The notes beneath the pieces were generated by a model. It was not told the DNA's origin. It worked only from the letters and a program-made list of their open reading frames with translations, and ran no database searches. Shown here piece after piece: positions 19,674 through 30,086 of a stretch of DNA of 64,000 nt. The stretch comes from an uncultured Clostridia bacterium. Lineage in GTDB: Bacteria; Bacillota; Clostridia; TANB77; CAG-508. Numbering within the stretch: position 1 is the first letter of the stretch; every line of letters begins with the position of its first letter. The translations under genes and the position numbers were made by a program. The DNA lies in assembly GCA_934177725.1 (NCBI GenBank), contig CAKPPO010000005.1, forward strand, positions 94 to 64,093, given 5' to 3'.

Positions 19674-19701
19674 TTGCATTGTTTTTCTAAAATTTTATAA
19701 T
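19674..19701 (+). promoter_or_regulatory. candidate sigma-A promoter (TTGCAT-16-TATAAT) firing into R-element copy 2
   Basis: TTGCAT at 19674-19679 and TATAAT at 19696-19701. Hairpin 1 of the repeat begins 15 nt downstream. Confidence 0.4.
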
Positions 19702-19715
19702 TATAACATAAAAGA

Positions 19716-19828
19716 GCGATCCTAAGATTTTCTATCAAATGCAAATTTTAAGAAAATCTAAGGATCGCCATATTTATCTAGTACAGAAAGTTCTCCTACA
19801 AGGAGAACTTTCCTACTATATAAAAAAA
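19716..19828 (+). repeat. R-element copy 2 (full length), candidate small RNA
   Basis: 17-bp stem 19716-19732/19752-19768, linker CATATTTATCTAGTACAGAAAGTT, and an 11-bp perfect stem 19786-19796/19802-19812. Confidence 0.6.
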
Positions 19829-19832
19829 GATG

Positions 19833-21383
19833 CTATTTTTTAGCATCTTCAGATAATGTCATTTCAAAATAAAACTCTACTCCATCTTCTTTATTTAATA
19901 CTCCATAGTCATTTTCATAATTATTCATTATTGCTTTTACCAAAGATAAACCTATTCCTGTTCCTCCATCTTCTCTATTTCTAGAAGCATCTACTTTGTA
20001 AAAACGTTTCCATATTCTGTCTAGTTCTATTTCATCTATATTGTCTCCAGTATTAAATACAGATATTCTTACTTTATCTTTTTTAATTTTATTAATTGTT
20101 ATTCTTATTTCTTTTTGTCCATTTACTTCTTTAACATGTTTTATAGCATTTGTAAAGTAATTTGTTACAACTTGCTCTATATAAAATTCGTCTGCCCAAA
20201 CTAGTATTTCTTCTGTGTTTTCAAATTTTATTTGAGCACCTTTTTCTTTTATCATAACATCACATTTTCTTATTACTTCATTTACTAATTCTACAATATT
20301 AAATTGAACATTATTAAATTCACGTTTTCCATATTCTAGTTTCATTAGCTCTAGTAATTGTTTTACTAATGTATCCATTTTGTTGGATTCGTCTAAAATA
20401 ACTTCTGCATAAAATTTTCTAGATTCTTCATCTGTATTTACATTCTCTACAAGTCCTTCTGCGTAACCTTGTATTAAAGCAATTGGTGTTTTCAATTCAT
20501 GAGATACATCTGATATGAATTGTTTTCTCATTTCATCTATTTTAGATTTTTCTTCTATATCTTTTTCTAATTCTATATTTGAGTCTCTTAACCTATTTAT
20601 TGTAGCTTCTAATTTGTCTGACATAGTATTTATGCTTTTTCCCAAATTATTAATTTCATCATCAGTATCATTTACTTTGTATTTTTTGCTAAAGTCTAAC
20701 TTTGACATATTCTGTGCAATATCATTCAATTCTACTATAGGTTTAGTAAACTTTTTCGAAACAAATGATGCCAAAATACTTGCAATTATAATTGTAAAGC
20801 CACCCATAAAGATTAGCAATCTATTAGATATTTGTACACTTTCTTGTATTGAAGCTACTTGGATACGTATATATACAATGTTTCCATTTTCAAGGGTTCC
20901 TGTTAAAAATATGTAATTCATACTATTTTTTTCGTTAATTATTCTTCTAATTATTATATTATTATTTTCATATATAACGTGATTGTCGAAGTTTTCAATT
21001 CTTTGTGCTATTAAATTCTTGTCATTATTGTCTATAATTACTTCATTTATCTTCTCTACCGTAGCTGTTAAGTTTTTACCAGAGCTATATATAATATTAT
21101 TTCTTGCATCCATGATTAAAATATCAAAATTATTTTTTATAGATATTCTATTTAATTCATCTTCTATATTAGAATAATACCCTTTTTCATCTACTTGAGC
21201 ATATATTTCATTGATTTTTTGATATGCTAATTTTACATTTTTAATTTTGGAATATAAGTAAAAACTTTCTAGTACTACATTGTTAATAATGATTAGAAAT
21301 AATACAATTAATGCTACTATAATGCATAAAGAACTAAATAATCTAAAACGTACAGATTTTGTATTTTCTTTAATACCTTTCAT
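19833..21383 (-). CDS. sensor histidine kinase (TM, HAMP, HisKA, HATPase)
   Basis: H-box SHELKTPIA, N/G boxes (NAIKH, GTGIGLS) and two TM segments. The stop codon lies in the loop of a terminator hairpin at 19826-19855. Confidence 0.9.
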   Translation of the reverse strand: MKGIKENTKSVRFRLFSSLCIIVALIVLFLIIINNVVLESFYLYSKIKNVKLAYQKINEIYAQVDEKGYYSNIEDELNRISIKNNFDILIMDARNNIIYSSGKNLTATVEKINEVIIDNNDKNLIAQRIENFDNHVIYENNNIIIRRIINEKNSMNYIFLTGTLENGNIVYIRIQVASIQESVQISNRLLIFMGGFTIIIASILASFVSKKFTKPIVELNDIAQNMSKLDFSKKYKVNDTDDEINNLGKSINTMSDKLEATINRLRDSNIELEKDIEEKSKIDEMRKQFISDVSHELKTPIALIQGYAEGLVENVNTDEESRKFYAEVILDESNKMDTLVKQLLELMKLEYGKREFNNVQFNIVELVNEVIRKCDVMIKEKGAQIKFENTEEILVWADEFYIEQVVTNYFTNAIKHVKEVNGQKEIRITINKIKKDKVRISVFNTGDNIDEIELDRIWKRFYKVDASRNREDGGTGIGLSLVKAIMNNYENDYGVLNKEDGVEFYFEMTLSEDAKK

Positions 21384-21393
21384 TTATTTGCTC

Positions 21394-22071
21394 CTATTTT
21401 ACTTCAAATTTATATCCTACTCCACGAATAGTTTCTATATATTTTCCTTTTTTACCTAATTTATGTCTTACTTTTTTTATATGACTATCTATTGTTCTTG
21501 TATCTCCATAATAGTCGTAGTTCCATACGTTGTTTAAAATTTTATCTCTAGACAATGCTATTCCATTGTTATCTACTAAATATTTAAGCAATTCATATTC
21601 TCTTAAGCTTAATTCTATTTGTTTTCCATCGACTTTTACTGTTCTTCCATCACTATCTATTACAATTCCACCATAATCTTTTGTTTCATTTTTCTTTTCA
21701 GTTGTTCTATTTAAAATAGCTTCTACTCTTGCTACTAATATTTTGGGACTAAATGGTTTAGAAATATATTCGTCTACCCCAAGCTCAAATCCAAATAATT
21801 CATCTTGTTCTTCTCCTCTTGCCGTTAACATTATAATTGGAACATTAGATTTTTGACGGATTTGCCTTAAAACTGACCAGCCATCTAGCTTTGGCATCAT
21901 AACATCTAACAATATTATATTAATTTTATTTTGGTTTTCTTCAAATACTTTTAATGCTTCTTCACCATCACTGGCTTCCAATACTTTATATTGCTTTTGC
22001 ATTAAAAAGTCTTTTACTAATTTACGCATTCTTGATTCATCATCTACTACTAAAACTGTAATATCGCTCAT
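21394..22071 (-). CDS. OmpR-family response regulator
   Basis: Receiver domain (DDE...LLDVMMPKLDG) plus a winged-helix C-terminus (RTIDSHIKKVRHKL...IETIRGVGYKF). Confidence 0.93.
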   Translation of the reverse strand: MSDITVLVVDDESRMRKLVKDFLMQKQYKVLEASDGEEALKVFEENQNKINIILLDVMMPKLDGWSVLRQIRQKSNVPIIMLTARGEEQDELFGFELGVDEYISKPFSPKILVARVEAILNRTTEKKNETKDYGGIVIDSDGRTVKVDGKQIELSLREYELLKYLVDNNGIALSRDKILNNVWNYDYYGDTRTIDSHIKKVRHKLGKKGKYIETIRGVGYKFEVK

Positions 22072-22352
22072 ATTTTCCTCCTATTACTTAAACATTTGAA
22101 AAGAAGAGCAATTTTATATTTTATTGCTCTACTTTCTTTTGTTTTATTTTACTAATAAATTATGTCTAATTTGTGAATCTTTTGTTATTTTTTATCCAAT
22201 CATCTGGTTTTATAGTATTTTCTTGTATTGAATATGCATTACTTCCTTGTGCTTGTACTTGCTCTCTAAAACTTTCTTCTTTCATATATGGATTTCCTAA
22301 TCTTATACAATATTGTCTATGTTTTTCGTCCATTTAAAGCACCTCTCTTACT

Positions 22353-23954
<1,602 letters not shown>

Positions 23955-24039
23955 TTACATTTTTAACTTTTTCTATAATATCTGCATTTTATCATAGTTT
24001 TATTGTAAATACAATATTTAAAAGAAAAAAAGAGCTTAG

Positions 24040-25022
24040 GAGCATGTAGGTTTGTCAAACATATGTCTCACTTTATTGATATGACTATGTTTGGTAAACC
24101 AATTTATGATTTCTGTACTTTAACTATTTATATATTCTAAATATTTTTCCTTTAGACTTAGCCATTTTAATGGTCTCATAGGAAAATTATTATATTCTTT
24201 TATCCAATATCTAGCTCTATTTACTAAATCCTCAAAACTACAAAATACTTTATTATAATAAAACATTTCTTGATCTTTTCTATGACTTCTTTCTGCTTTT
24301 CCATTATGTCTTGGTGTATATGGTTTTATTAATTTATGCTTTATTCCCAACTTTTCTAATGTTTGCTCAAATTTTGTCTTTCTATCTCTTATACTTGTGT
24401 TATAACTTAATCTGTTCGTAAATTCAAACCCATTATCTGTTTGTATTTCTTCTATTTTTAACGGAAATCTCTTTACTATTATCTTTGCAAATTCACTTGA
24501 TTCATATGTACTATGTTCTTTTGCAAACCACAATATTCTTAGTCTTGTATATTCATCTATTGCTGTATATTGGAAGTATCTTTCGCCTTTTTCCTTTAAT
24601 TCCTTTGTTAAACTTTTCATTGGTACATATTTAACATCTACTTGTACTCTTTGACCTGGATAAGTCATCTGTTGATATGCTTTTGGCTCATATGTTTTCT
24701 TCTTGCTTGGAGCTTTATTATATATTTTTAGTTTTATCATCATTCTATATAAACTAGTTACACTTCTTTTATATCCTGTTCTTCTCAATTTTACCCATAA
24801 AACAACTAATCCTGTATCCTTATTTTTATATTTATAATTCTTTATTAATTTTATTTCTTCATTTGTATGTGCATTAGGACTTCTATGTGGTCTTCTAGAT
24901 CTATTGGCTAATAATTCTAATGTTCCATCATATCTTTCTCTCCATTTATATATCGTTTTTCTGTGTAAGTTATATTGTATTGCTGCGTCTGTTACTCCAT
25001 TTTTTAAAGAATATTTTACAAT
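24040..25022 (-). mobile_element. IS481-like insertion sequence remnant, truncated at its transposase 5' end
   Basis: Contains the rve/DDE transposase frame. The frame is open from 25022 but has no start codon and is preceded by TAG at 25023-25025. The outer end near 24044 (TGTAGGTTTGTCAAAC) is a guess. Confidence 0.6.
24120..25022 (-). pseudogene. IS481-family DDE transposase lacking its N-terminal codons
   Basis: IVKYSLKNGVTDAAIQYNLHRKTIYKWRERYDG...RSRRPH (HTH part) runs in frame into QVDVKYVP...TAIDEYTR...QTDNGFEF...YTPRHNGKAERSHR (DDE core). Confidence 0.7.
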
Positions 25023-25476
25023 CTAGTATAGATGAACAAAAAGCACAGATAATAGAAAAAAACAGGAAGATATCTATGATAAAGCAAAAGAAGATGCAAA
25101 ATCTTTTTTAACAGATAAAATTAATAGTTCTGAAATTGATAAATATGTATCTCAAAGTGTTGTAAAGGCATACATAGATATTGTTCAAGATGAAGAATTA
25201 ACCGAATTATATAATGAATGGAATGAAAAAAATGAAATAAAAAAGAATGCGGAAAGTGCTAAAAGAAAGAAAAAAAAAGAAAAGGAAAGAAAAAAACAAC
25301 AAGGGGTTAGAATTGGTATTTCAAAACAAGATGTATTAGATTCAAATTGTGGAGAACCTATTAAAATAAATAAATCTACATATTCTTGGGGAACAACAGA
25401 ACAATGGGTTTATCCAAATTACAACTATTTATATTTTGAAAACGGAAAATTAACTTCGATTCAAACAAATGAATAG
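25023..25476 (+). pseudogene. 3' fragment of an unknown gene, cut by the IS remnant and frameshifted in an A7 run
   Basis: The SIDEQKAQIIEK frame switches at the A-run 25046-25052 to KQEDIYDKAKEDAKSFLTDK...GISKQDVLDSNCGEPIKINKSTYSWGTTEQWVYPNYNYLYFENGKLTSIQTNE-stop. No start codon. Confidence 0.5.
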
Positions 25477-25553
25477 CAAGCATAATTTGTAATAATGAAG
25501 CAATTAGAATGAGTATAATAATCTCCTTCTTTATGATAAGTTATCTCTCTCAT
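25461..25553 (-). pseudogene. possible 5' stub of a TnpV-like mobile-element gene
   Basis: AGGAGG RBS followed by MREITYHKEGDYY resembles the TnpV-type N-terminus as I recall it. The frame stops after 30 codons. Confidence 0.25.
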
Positions 25554-25687
25554 AACTAAAAACCTCCTAAAATTTATTTTCGCTACAAAATGAACAAAAA
25601 TTTTATATCATATCAAGCTATCAAAACACCAATAAAATAAGGAAGAACCAAATAAAAACAATTTTGTCCTTATTTAAGTTCTCCCTT

Positions 25688-26242
25688 CTATGCTCTTTCT
25701 TTAAAATTAAACTTTCCAAGTACTAATCCCACCATATGTACAATTTTCGTTGAATTTCTTTTTGCTATACCTTTTCCTAATGCTTTACCACCTACTGTAA
25801 GTGATGCAACTATTGCACTGATGATAAATTGTAAATCAAAGTTTAAATTATATTTTTCTGTTATTTTTATTGTAATAAGTGCTGCTATAGAACCACTTAT
25901 TACACCACATATATCTCCTATTACATCTGCACATATATTTGATACTTTTGATGAATTGCGTATAAGTTTTATTGATGTTTTTGCACCTTTTAATTTTTTA
26001 CTCGCTTTTGCATGCAATTCTTCTTCCTTTGCAACTGTAACTGCTACACCTATTATATCAAATATTATTCCTATAAATATTGTTAAAATTAATATTAACA
26101 ATGCTGGAAACAACTCTAAACTAGAAATTGCATTTGTACAAATGTATGAAAAAACTATAGATAAAATAAAAGTGGCTATAAACACTGTTATAAACCATTT
26201 CAGTTCCGAGTTATCTTTTTTATTTTTTTCTTTATTTGCCAT
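25688..26242 (-). CDS. oapA: OLE-associated membrane protein OapA-like
   Basis: 184 aa with about four TM helices and DVIGD (DxxxD) in a TM segment. Lies directly downstream and co-oriented with a large non-coding tract. Confidence 0.55.
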   Translation of the reverse strand: MANKEKNKKDNSELKWFITVFIATFILSIVFSYICTNAISSLELFPALLILILTIFIGIIFDIIGVAVTVAKEEELHAKASKKLKGAKTSIKLIRNSSKVSNICADVIGDICGVISGSIAALITIKITEKYNLNFDLQFIISAIVASLTVGGKALGKGIAKRNSTKIVHMVGLVLGKFNFKERA

Positions 26243-26289
26243 TATTTTTTATGCTCCCATTTTTCATATAAATTTTTTAGATGGTAAAA

Positions 26290-26920
26290 ACCTAAGTAAA
26301 TTTTACGGTTTAGGTCTAGAAGAATTTCTCTATTTTCTACTAAACATTACTGTTTAGCCGTTTCCGTTTAAAGAAAATATCTTACCACTATTTATAATTT
26401 GTTAAAATAATTATAAATAATAGTTAGAAACCAGATCGCCACTTAAAATCCGTACCTTAATCCCTAGATTTTCTTGCTTATAGATTAAAGCAAACATTCT
26501 AGAAGTTTTCCTTTAAATACTGCTACCTATCATTAGTCTCTTTTGCAAAAATAATTTCATAACTCTAAATACATATTTGTATAGTTCAATTAAAAATTGG
26601 CCTAATTATTAATTGAATTTTCAGTTAATCCCGATACCTTCACTCAAAACAGGCTACGCTATGTATTTTGTGTCTTGGCACTCAACATAGGTTATACTTA
26701 AATTGCTTTCTAAAAGTCATATTTAGAATTTTTATTAAGCCTCCGCGAAAATAGGGAATCCTATATATGCCATTATATATTACCCTAAATTCTTTACTCC
26801 CTATCTACACACAAAACTGGCATTTCGCGCATAAATAAGAAACTTCAACGATGTGCCCTTTAGTGGATTTTTAGCCCCACCCTCATGATAGACAGTATGA
26901 CTAGAATAATGCACCATCGA
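26290..26920 (-). ncRNA. ole: probable OLE (ornate, large, extremophilic) RNA
   Basis: About 600 nt with no ORF and visibly more G+C than other intergenic DNA here. It has its own promoter, long-range complementarity (26911-26919 with 26849-56) and an oapA-like gene immediately downstream. Ends are approximate. Confidence 0.5.
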
Positions 26921-26925
26921 TTAGT

Positions 26926-26953
26926 ATTATAACATATTTTGGAAATTTTGCAA
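26926..26953 (-). promoter_or_regulatory. sigma-A promoter (TTGCAA-16-TGtTATAAT) for the large non-coding RNA
   Basis: Minus strand reads TTGCAAaatttccaaaatatgtTATAAT. Confidence 0.5.
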
Positions 26954-27264
26954 AGTTCAATTTAGCTCATTTTAGGTGTTTTTTACCTCTATTAGCATAA
27001 TTTTTCCTAATTTTATTATTTTTCTAATTTTCTAATAATAAATAACGTTTTTTCTCTTTTTTATAATTCTTTATATTTTATTTCTTTTTGATAAGAAGAA
27101 AACATATGATTTTATTTATATTTTTTAATTATATAAAAATATAATGTAAATAGTTTCATTCTCTATTTATTCATATTTTTTTCGTAAAATACTTGATTTT
27201 ATTTCCATTGTGTGTTAATATTGTAAATAGTCAATTTTATTAAAACTAATAGGAGGTGCTAAAA

Positions 27265-27462
27265 ATGGCAAAATGTGAAATTTGCGAAAAAACACTATCT
27301 CATGGAAATAAAATTAGTATTGCACGTTCACACGTTAGTAGAAGAGCAACTAGAACATTTAAACCAAACGTAAGAAGCGTTAAAGCAGTTGTAGACGGAC
27401 AAGTAAAGAAAATGTCTGTATGTTCAAAATGTTTACGTTCTGGAAAAGTAAAAAGAGCTTAA
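27265..27462 (+). CDS. rpmB: 50S ribosomal protein L28
   Basis: MAKCEICEK...GNKISIARSHVSRRATRTFKPN. ATG 27265 follows AGGAGG. The ORF-track start lies inside the RBS. Confidence 0.93.
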   Translation: MAKCEICEKTLSHGNKISIARSHVSRRATRTFKPNVRSVKAVVDGQVKKMSVCSKCLRSGKVKRA

Positions 27463-27533
27463 TTAGTGAAATATATTAAAGTAGGATGCATACTACTTTT
27501 TAATACTAAAATTTCTTAAGAAATAGTAGAAAT

Positions 27534-27590
27534 AAAATAGGTCAAATGAGAAGAATTTTTTATTCTTTTGATTTGACCTATTTTATTTTC
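27534..27590 (+). terminator. long hairpin terminator after rpmB
   Basis: AAAATAGGTCAAATGAGAAGAAT / ATTCTTTTGATTTGACCTATTTT followed by ATTTTC. Confidence 0.5.
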
Positions 27591-27633
27591 CATATAAGTT
27601 TTTAAATATCTAATATTTCTTCTTATGTATGTT

Positions 27634-27708
27634 TTAGTCTTTTATCCCAAATATTAATTTTACAAATCCTCTTAAAAATTTTGGAACCTTTTTCACAACT
27701 ATTGTCAT
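27634..27708 (-). CDS. spoVM: stage V sporulation protein M (24 aa)
   Basis: GGAGAG RBS followed by MTIVVKKVPKFLRGFVKLIFGIKD. Resembles B. subtilis SpoVM (..IKLPKFLGGIV..) and is too short for the ORF track. Confidence 0.65.
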   Translation of the reverse strand: MTIVVKKVPKFLRGFVKLIFGIKD

Positions 27709-27732
27709 ACTATTCACTCTCCTTTATTTTAT

Positions 27733-27882
27733 TTAGCAAAACAGCCACATTAATCCTATAATTAGAATTGCAGCTCCTATTAAAAATAACCAGCCTGTAA
27801 TTGGAAGTAATAATACTAACAATACTCCAAGACCTATTCCTATTAAGCATACACCTATAGTCTTTTTAAGTGCACAAAACAT
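27733..27882 (-). CDS. 49-aa hydrophobic peptide (two predicted TM helices)
   Basis: GGAGG RBS followed by MFCALKKTIGVCLIGIGLGVLLVLLLPITGWLFLIGAAILIIGLMWLFC. Lies directly upstream of spoVM. Confidence 0.4.
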   Translation of the reverse strand: MFCALKKTIGVCLIGIGLGVLLVLLLPITGWLFLIGAAILIIGLMWLFC

Positions 27883-28015
27883 AATATATTACCTCCTTTA
27901 ATTATATTATATTTATTTCAATTTATTTTGTTACCTTTTTTATGTAATATTATCTCTATTGAAAATTTGCTTTCTTTATGTTTAAATATTTATAAAAGAA
28001 AGGAATGAATTATTT

Positions 28016-28651
28016 ATGAACCAAAAGCAATCTATAGAAATTTTAGAAACTTTAAAAAAGACTTATCCTGACGCAAAATGTAGCTTAGATTTTACTACTC
28101 CTTTTGAATTATTAGTTGCGGTTATTTTATCTGCACAATGCACTGATGAAAGAGTTAATAAAACTACTCCTTCTATTTTTAAAAAGTATAAAACTCCTGA
28201 AAACTTTGCTAATATAGATTTAGAATTATTAGAACAATTAGTTCATCCTTGTGGTTTTTATAAAAATAAAGCAAAAAGTATAAAAGCTACTGCAAAGATT
28301 CTTGTTAATAAATATAATTCTAAAGTTCCTTCATCTATGGAAGATTTGCTTTTACTTCCTGGAGTTGGTAGAAAGACTGCAAATGTTGTAATGTTAGAGG
28401 CTTTTAATAATCCTCAAGGTGTGGCAGTAGATACTCATTGCAAACGAATTGCAAATAGAGTTGGATTTTCAAAAGAATCTACTCCCGAAAAAATTGAACA
28501 AGACCTTTTAAAAATCTTCCCAAAGCAGTATTATTATGATTTAAATCATATTTTTATGTGGCATGGACGTAATATTTGTACTTCTCAGAAACCTAAATGT
28601 GGTATTTGCCCTATTGCTTCTAAATGTTCTTATTTTAAAAGTCAAATTTAA
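28016..28651 (+). CDS. nth: endonuclease III
   Basis: HhH-GPD motif LPGVGRKTANVV and the C-terminal cluster CTSQKPKCGICPIASKC. Confidence 0.93.
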   Translation: MNQKQSIEILETLKKTYPDAKCSLDFTTPFELLVAVILSAQCTDERVNKTTPSIFKKYKTPENFANIDLELLEQLVHPCGFYKNKAKSIKATAKILVNKYNSKVPSSMEDLLLLPGVGRKTANVVMLEAFNNPQGVAVDTHCKRIANRVGFSKESTPEKIEQDLLKIFPKQYYYDLNHIFMWHGRNICTSQKPKCGICPIASKCSYFKSQI

Positions 28652-28728
28652 TATTTTATTTTATAAAGAGTAGTATTAAATATTGCAAACTATAGAGACA
28701 AAATATGCAATATTATTACTACTTTTTC

Positions 28729-28757
28729 TTGACAAAATCCACTTAAAGATATATATT
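28729..28757 (+). promoter_or_regulatory. sigma-A promoter TTGACA-17-TATATT
   Basis: TTGACA at 28729-28734 and TATATT at 28752-28757, upstream of 28789. Confidence 0.45.
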
Positions 28758-28788
28758 TACTTTATATTATTTGAAAGGAGAAATTTAA

Positions 28789-30039
28789 ATGTTAAAAAAG
28801 AAATCAAAAATTTTATTTGTTGCATTATTCGTCATCTTACTATTATCTTCTGTATGTTTTGCAACTGAAGATGTTGCCTCAGCAGAAAATACTGCAGTAG
28901 TTACTTCTGAAACTAACAATGATCAAGCAGTTGACACAACTACTTCTACTGCAAATTGGGTTAATACTGATTTATATCTTTCTGAAAACAAAGTAACTAT
29001 TGACACTGTAGTAGATGGAAATGCTTTTGTAGCTGCAAAAGAGGTTACTGTTACTGGTGAAATTGGTGGAGACCTTTTTGTTGTAGCAGATAAATTAAAT
29101 ATTGAAGGTGGATACGTATACAGTAGCATTTTTGCATGTGTAAATGAAATTACAATCAATGGTGTTGTATATGATGTATACGCTATTTGCAATAATTTCA
29201 ATTTAGAAAGTAACGGTTTTGTTTACAGAGATTTAAAAGTAACTGGAGCTAATATTAATTTAAATGGAAAAATTAGAAGAGATGCATACATATCTGCAAG
29301 CTCATTAAATCTAAATGAACAATCTGGAACTATTATTTACGGAAATCTAAAATATTCTACTCCATCTGAAGTTACTATTCCAGAAGGAGCTGTTTCAGGA
29401 GATGTTAAATATAGTGCAAAATCTGTAGATACTGAAAAAGAAACTAATGTTGCTACTATTATTTTAGGTTATGTATTTGAATTATTAAAATCTCTATTTG
29501 CAACATTTATTTTAGCTTTAATTTTACTATGGTTAACACCTAAATTTGTTAACAGGGTTGGAAACATGAGTACAGGAAAATCTTTTGCTTGCTTAGGTAT
29601 AGGAATAGTTTCTCCTATTGCTTTAATGATTGTTTGTTTCCTATTAGCAATTAGTGTTATTGGAGTTAAATTATTACTTCCTACAATATTAATATTTGCA
29701 GGTTTATCATTTATAGCATACTCTATAGTAAGTATATTCTTTGGTAAATTATTTACAAAATTATTAAAAATGGATAGCAAAGTTAAATTTATATTATTTA
29801 CATTATTATCTAATTTAGTATTATGGGCATTAACAAAAATACCAGTAGTTGGTGGTTATATTCAAATATTAATTTGGCTATTTGGTATGGGAATCATTTT
29901 AGTAAATATTGTTTGCAAAAAAGAAATAGTTGTTGAAGAAGCTGAAGTAAAAAAAGTTGAAGCTAAAGTTGAAAAAGAACCAAAAACTACTAAAGCAAAA
30001 ACAGAAAAAACAACAAAAACTAAAAAGGAAGATAAATAA
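28789..30039 (+). CDS. membrane protein with a bactofilin-like beta-repeat ectodomain and a Lys/Glu-rich tail
   Basis: Signal or TM segment, then repeats (VTVTGEIGGDLFVVADKLNIEG, LKVTGANINLNGKIRRDAY), four or five TM helices, then KKVEAKVEKEPK. Confidence 0.55.
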   Translation: MLKKKSKILFVALFVILLLSSVCFATEDVASAENTAVVTSETNNDQAVDTTTSTANWVNTDLYLSENKVTIDTVVDGNAFVAAKEVTVTGEIGGDLFVVADKLNIEGGYVYSSIFACVNEITINGVVYDVYAICNNFNLESNGFVYRDLKVTGANINLNGKIRRDAYISASSLNLNEQSGTIIYGNLKYSTPSEVTIPEGAVSGDVKYSAKSVDTEKETNVATIILGYVFELLKSLFATFILALILLWLTPKFVNRVGNMSTGKSFACLGIGIVSPIALMIVCFLLAISVIGVKLLLPTILIFAGLSFIAYSIVSIFFGKLFTKLLKMDSKVKFILFTLLSNLVLWALTKIPVVGGYIQILIWLFGMGIILVNIVCKKEIVVEEAEVKKVEAKVEKEPKTTKAKTEKTTKTKKEDK

Positions 30040-30054
30040 TTAATATAAAAAAAT

Positions 30055-30086
30055 AAAATGAGAAATTCAATTTCTCATTTTATTTT
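30055..30086. terminator. bidirectional terminator between 28789-30039 and rpe
   Basis: AAAATGAGAAAT-tca-ATTTCTCATTTT with A/T runs on both sides. Confidence 0.5.

Noticed and set aside
22160-22340. Apparent small ORF just downstream of metG (RBS AGAGGTG followed by ATG at 22334, minus strand)
   Set aside because: Careful re-reading gives ATG GAC GAA AAA CAA TAG. The frame stops after five codons.
28683-28868. 61-aa ORF overlapping the promoter and start of 28789-30039
   Set aside because: It contains the TTGACA-17-TATATT promoter and the RBS of the downstream gene, and is out of frame with it. No RBS of its own.
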